Below, piece after piece: positions 58,801-64,000 of a DNA stretch of 64,000 nt (the first letter of the stretch is position 1; every line of letters begins with the position of its first letter). Where the stretch lies: positions 1-64,000 of the forward strand of contig CDMY01000428.1 of the NCBI GenBank assembly GCA_001179505.1, given 5' to 3'. The notes beneath the pieces were generated by a model. The model was not told the DNA's origin. It was given only the letters and a program-made list of their open reading frames with translations, and searched no databases. The stretch comes from Vitrella brassicaformis CCMP3155 (taxonomy: Eukaryota; Protista; Chromerida). The translations under genes were made by a program, and so were the position numbers.

Positions 58801-61800
58801 GGCCAAATACACACGAGACATATGACTCAAGAGGCCCCTCGGGCGGCGTGTAGCTACCGACAGGGTGGCAACCGGCAAGTCAACCAACAACACACGTCAA
58901 GGCATTGAATGTCCACCCACCCGGCCCCTCTGTGTGTGTGTGTGCTCTTACAATGGTGTGGCTTCCCGTGGGTAGAGCTGACACTCATCTGAGGGAGTGC
59001 CCACCGATGCGCCCAGAAAGCCCTGGCCGGCGGGGAAGGAGAGGAAGAGGCAGCCGCCCGATGGGACGGGCGCGGAGGTCTGGATGGCGAAGGTCAGCAG
59101 GTTCTGCGTGGCGGCTATAGAGGAGCTGTACTCGAGCACCAGGTTGCGCAGCACATTGACCTGCTGAGCCGGCCAGCGGACCATCCCAAACACACGGTGC
59201 TCGGGCAATGCGAAATCTGACACACCAGCGCAGCGGGGCAACCAACGGTTTCTCGTGTTGAGTTGTCTGTCTTGTGTTGTGTGCAGGTCCTTCCTGTCCT
59301 GCCTGCCGGGTTTGCGATGAACAGCCAGCTGTTGGCTGTGGGCTCGTCCGTAGGAGGCACCGACGTGATGGCCTGCAGTGCACCCACACAAACACATACA
59401 CGAGCCATTCGCGGGTGAGGTGAGACGGAGCCACGGTGCGTCAAATGCATGGTTCTCTGACCTTGAACTTGATGTAGTAGACGGCCTCTCTGTCTTCGAA
59501 TGGGTGGTCTGCCGTCAGCGTCACGCGTCTCACCACCCCCTGGTCAATGGAACTGCCCACTATCGTCCAGCTGATCCATGACGAAACGCACAAACACAGA
59601 GGTCAGGCAGTCAAGCAGGCTGTTCACCGCTCCGTGTGTGTGGCGTGATTTGATTTGCCCCTTACGTACGTATACGTACCTGCCCTCTGAGAAGGCGTAT
59701 TCGTAGAAGCGGGCTCGCTTGACGGCGGGCTGCTCGGCCCACCACGACATGTCCGGGACCTCGATGGTGTTGCCGATCTCACGGTAGTACTGATATATAT
59801 ATATATATGGGCACATCACATTCGCACATACATGAGCCAGTCGCCAACACAGACAGACAGATTGTAGGCAGGGCCTTGCACGCACGCACACAGACCCCTA
59901 CCTACCTGTGGGAACATGATCTCAAATGTGGTGAAGTTGGCGACACTCGCCGGCACCCGCCACTTCACCAGCACATGGGTGCTGCCGCCAGACACCCACT
60001 CCTCGGGCCGGCTGTCGATGGCCACGGCGTCGAGAATGGCCTCTCGCGAGCTGATCTGGGCCGCTGAGGGCCCTTCCATGACACCAAACTCCCTGTGGAT
60101 GGCCGGGCGGATGGTGGCAGCATATGTGTCGTTTTGCAGCGTGACGTTGGCTTCGGCCAGGATGCCGTCGATGGGGCTGCAGTCATACGCCCTATCGGCC
60201 TCGTAGCTACACGCCTGCAAGTGAATCGAGGGATGGATGGATCGATGTATCGATGTGCCATTCAACTCATTGTGTGTGGGGGGGGGGGGGGGCANNNNNN
60301 NNNNNNNNNNNNNNNNNNNNNNNNNNNNNNNNNNNNNNNNNNNNNNNNNNNNNNNNNNNNNNNNNNNNNNNNNNNNNNNNNNNNNNNNNNNNNNNNNNNN
60401 NNNNNNNNNNNNNNNNNNNNNNNNNNNNNNNNNNNNNNNNNNNNNNNNNNNNNNNNNNNNNNNNNNNNNNNNNNNNNNNNNNNNNNNNNNNNNNNNNNNN
60501 NNNNNNNNNNNNNNNNNNNNNNNNNNNNNNNNNNNNNNNNNNNNNNNNNNNNNNNNNNNNNNNNNNNNNNNNNNNNNNNNNNNNNNNNNNNNNNGGGGGG
60601 GGGGGGGGGGGGCATCACCGACCATGTCGAATGTGGTGATGTCCCAGTAGCCCCGTCTGGAGTAGTCTTGTGGGCTGTTGATGATCGGGACTGTGAAGCC
60701 GTAGAACTGGTCTCCCTTGAGCTCCTCGCCGTCCCCAAATGCCACATTGACACTGGCCGCACCACACACACAACACACATACAGACAAGCCAGTGTGTTG
60801 TGCGTGACCTTCGTTTGTTCGTTCCCCGTGTGCCTACGTACACGTGTGTGTATCCGGTGGGTGACTCCGCGCATGGGACCTTGACGGCGGCGATCGCGGG
60901 AAGTGAGAACTGCGGGTCGTCAGGGAAGGCGTCACCCACGTCGCCCAGCGTCATGTCGCACGGGAACTCGAAGCCAACATCGGTTGGCGCCCGCACCTCA
61001 ACAGATCCTGACTGCCAATCACCCATACCACACCACACCACACACATGACATTGCCAGGCAGTGCATCCTTGTGTGCTCCTTTGTTCCCACACACCTTTG
61101 CCGTGGTGCCACCGGTGGACTGTTCTGTCTTGAATGCGACGGCGATGCGGTTCATGTCTCCCTTGGCGAAGGACTCGACGGGGACGATGGTGGCCTTGGT
61201 CTGCGGGATGCGGCCCACCACAGCCACGTTCTTGGTGAACCTGTTGTCGGCGGGGTCGTTGTCGAACGCCTTGGACTGGCTGGTCTTGCTCACCAAGGCC
61301 GTGGAGCTCGGCACTCCCTGGAAACCATACAGCTGCATGCGCCGGCCACACACACACAAAAGTGATGGCTGCCGCGCTGTTGGGTGGCGCTGAGTACGTA
61401 CGTACGTACCTGTTCAGTGTTGACGGTCCAGACGTTGCTGGGGTGCGAGGCCTTCAGCGGCCGGTAAGGGTTCTCGACCAGCAAACGAAACAACAGAACC
61501 GTACCTGCATACAACCAGCCAGCCAGCCACGCACAGCGAGGAATGTTCGTTCGCAGCACCCACATGAATGGGATGGATCACCACTCACTCATTACCAGCT
61601 GGCACGAGCACGCCAGAGTCGAGTTGCAGGAGGCACACATTGGCGGCCTCGCCGCTGTTGGCGACCCATGTGGCGTTGATGGACCCGAAGCCAGGGGGGC
61701 CGTCCAAAGCCTGACCTGTCGACTGGCGGGCCAGCAGAAACAGGGGGGACGCGGCGCTGCTGCTCGCCTGCATGACATGGAGGACACAAACATGGATGGC

Positions 61801-64000
61801 AGAGATCCGCCAGTGTATCCATCGTGGGCTGGCTGACACGAACGTACGAATGCGTCGATGTTTGTGGTTTGGCATGTGTATTGGTATGTCACGCCCCCCT
61901 CCGTCCACTTGGGCAGCTCGAAACGGAAGTAGGTCGGCTTTCCACCAGCTGCCGCACCAGACATTATCGGACCTACATCGCATCAATCACACACCGCCAA
62001 CAAAACACCTCTGACGCACGCCATCCACTCTCCTCCCCTCCCTCCTTTTGTCTCTACCCGTTCTGACTTTGACGTGCAGCAGGTTGACCGATGTCGCCCC
62101 CAGCACCGAGTAGAACTGCTGGTCATTGTTGCTGTCCTCATCCCAGTGGTACGTGGCCAGCGATGCGAACGGCACGCTCACCGGGTAGTAGAGCCGCGCC
62201 GAGCTGAGCAGATTGACCCCGCCGTGACCGCCCCAAGCCAGATACGAGGCCCCGCCCTTCACAGCCTGAAGGGACACACGAGACACATTGCTGCTCGATC
62301 ATTCATCCTTGTCTCTGTCTGTGTGCGCATTGGCACCATTGCAAAGTAGAAAGGCACTAGAGGGAAGAAGCCGGGGAAGGACCCGATTGAGCTCCGGAAA
62401 GGCTGCACTTCATGTAAAGTGTACTTGTACGGCTCCTACAACATACACACACAAGCAAGAGCCGAGAAATCACGACCATCATCCATGTCGCCTTTTCTCT
62501 TTCTCTCTCCACTTACCGTAATGGCTCCGTCGACGACGTGCATCTTGATGACATTGAGCCTGGAGGGGTTCATGTTGAAGTAGTTCTCAAAGGTGATGTC
62601 GGCGTGTGTGCAGGTGCCCACGCCCGAGACGGGTGTGCACGTGGCGTAGTAGCCCTCGGACACGTCCCACATGGTCAACGGGTACATGAAGATGTACACG
62701 TGGTCGTCAGCCGCCAAACCCGAATCGGACGGCGTCAGGATGAAGGAGAAGGTACACTTGCCCGTCGAAGAGCTGCACTCAACTGTTTTCTGTGCCAGAC
62801 AGAAAGAGGGGAAGCTTGGGTCGTGTGGCCCACTGCGTGTGTGCGCTGGTTACTTACCTGTGCCGCGATGTCTGGGGCGAGTTCCAGTGCGCCCGAGTCG
62901 TTGAGCTCTGGCACGATGCCGTCGCTGTTGATTTGGAAGCTGGATGTGTCGAAGGCCGCCGTCCCCTGCTCGATGATCTCACACTGGTCGTCGGCAGGGT
63001 CGCTGAGCACAGCTATCTCTACCGTGGCATTCCTGACACACACGTGAGGGAGGGAGGGAGGAAGGGAGCGAGGGAGGGAGACACGTGTGTGGCTGTGGTG
63101 TAAGGACTGTGTTGCCTATAGAGATACGTTTGGTTGAAGGGGTCAGCCAGAAAGGCTCCCTTTACCACAAACTCGTATGAAGCACCCGCCTTCAGGCCGT
63201 TGTACTGCAGGCAGGCAAGCAGACAGGCAGGGATGATGATGGTTCGCGGGCAGCTATCTATCAATCTGCCTCATATAAGCTATATACCTCTACCTTAGAG
63301 AACTGCAGGTAGAGCTCGACGTAGTCATATGTGGCCACATGCCTGGAATCGTCATTGAGAAAGACACAGGGAGGGAAAGGCAACGAACGTCGGTTTTGTG
63401 CACCACCTCTCCTCCCTCCCCTCTCTCACCAGCACTTGGCGGGCATCGGGAACCCATCGGCGTCGTTGCTGTTGAGCTCAAAGAAGATGCTGCCGCACTC
63501 CCCCTGCGAACCCCGGTCAGGCAGCGCCTCGAATGCCGGCGTGTCGTCGGTGATGGTGAACTCCCTCGAGTCCGCCCCGTCGGTCCCGCTGTACACGGTG
63601 TAGTCTTCCCACTGTGTGGGGATGATCGGCACCGCCTTGAAGGCGCTCTTGTCGGGGAACCTCAGCCGCACGCTGTAGGCCTTGTCGATCTGGTAGCCGC
63701 CGTACAGGTTGGCGAAGCTGCCGGGGACGTTGCAGAGGTTGTGGGTCGTGTTGACGGTGCCGACGCTCGACGTCTGGAATGACACGTAGATGGGGCCGGC
63801 CTGAAAATACAGACGAGACCGATCAAAGACGCACATCTGTCACGATGGTGGGAGTGCTTGTGTGGCTGGTCTGGTGCTGACTTACCACATTCATGAATAC
63901 CATGTCCTTGTAATCGGTCGTCGGCACGATCGAATCTCGCTGCATGGAAAAGAAGGTAGCATTTTTCCCCCCTCTACAAACACATCTGCATGATGCGAAT
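52872..64000 (-). CDS. Giant multi-exon protein (5'-truncated by the window end) made of degenerate beta-rich repeats, with a hydrophobic C-terminal tail; probable surface protein
   Basis: Many minus-strand exons from about 63800 down to 52872 with alternating hydrophobic beta-strand patterns and recurring P-x-G-F-x-F and (V/T)-N-P...W-x-(I/V) motifs; last exon ends GWVPLAILFFHLLVSRWVENVVG*. Not every junction was phase-checked. Confidence 0.75.
60295..60594. other. Assembly gap (300 N)
   Basis: Run of N flanked on both sides by poly-G, in an intron of the giant repeat gene. Confidence 1.

Noticed and set aside
59816-61393. Long ORFs crossing the N gap (also 44756-46001)
   Set aside because: Their length is an artefact of translating N as X.

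Overview
Intron-rich, GC-rich eukaryotic nuclear DNA with about 18 genes on both strands. Introns are short and loaded with (CA)/(TG), (GACA)/(TGTC) and (GGAT) microsatellites. Four products carry signal peptide + aromatic residue + transit peptide leaders typical of complex red-derived plastids (PsbU, PPDK, HHL1-like, fructosamine-kinase-like). Together with the intron style this points to a photosynthetic alveolate, most likely the chromerid Vitrella brassicaformis (inference, not a database result). Clearly recognisable genes: SDR (apparent 1-nt frameshift), Hsp110, HHL1-like, fructosamine-3-kinase family, PPDK, SFSWAP, cytochrome P450, GAF-domain protein, tandem-KH protein, DUR3 urea transporter and PsbU. 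The least explained element is an >11-kb minus-strand gene, running off the right end, that encodes at least 10 degenerate beta-sandwich-like repeats and a GPI-like C-terminal tail. Other notable observations: a candidate XLF/XRCC4-superfamily NHEJ factor that needs an 8-nt micro-exon present in duplicate, an FMR1/FXR-like KH1-KH2 protein, extra domains inserted in DUR3, a pseudokinase, a plastid gene pair with only 99 bp between start codons, GC-AG introns, and complementary repeats at intron ends. There are two 300-N assembly gaps. I found no rRNA, tRNA, CRISPR array or recognisable transposon. All exon structures were assembled by eye, without RNA evidence.
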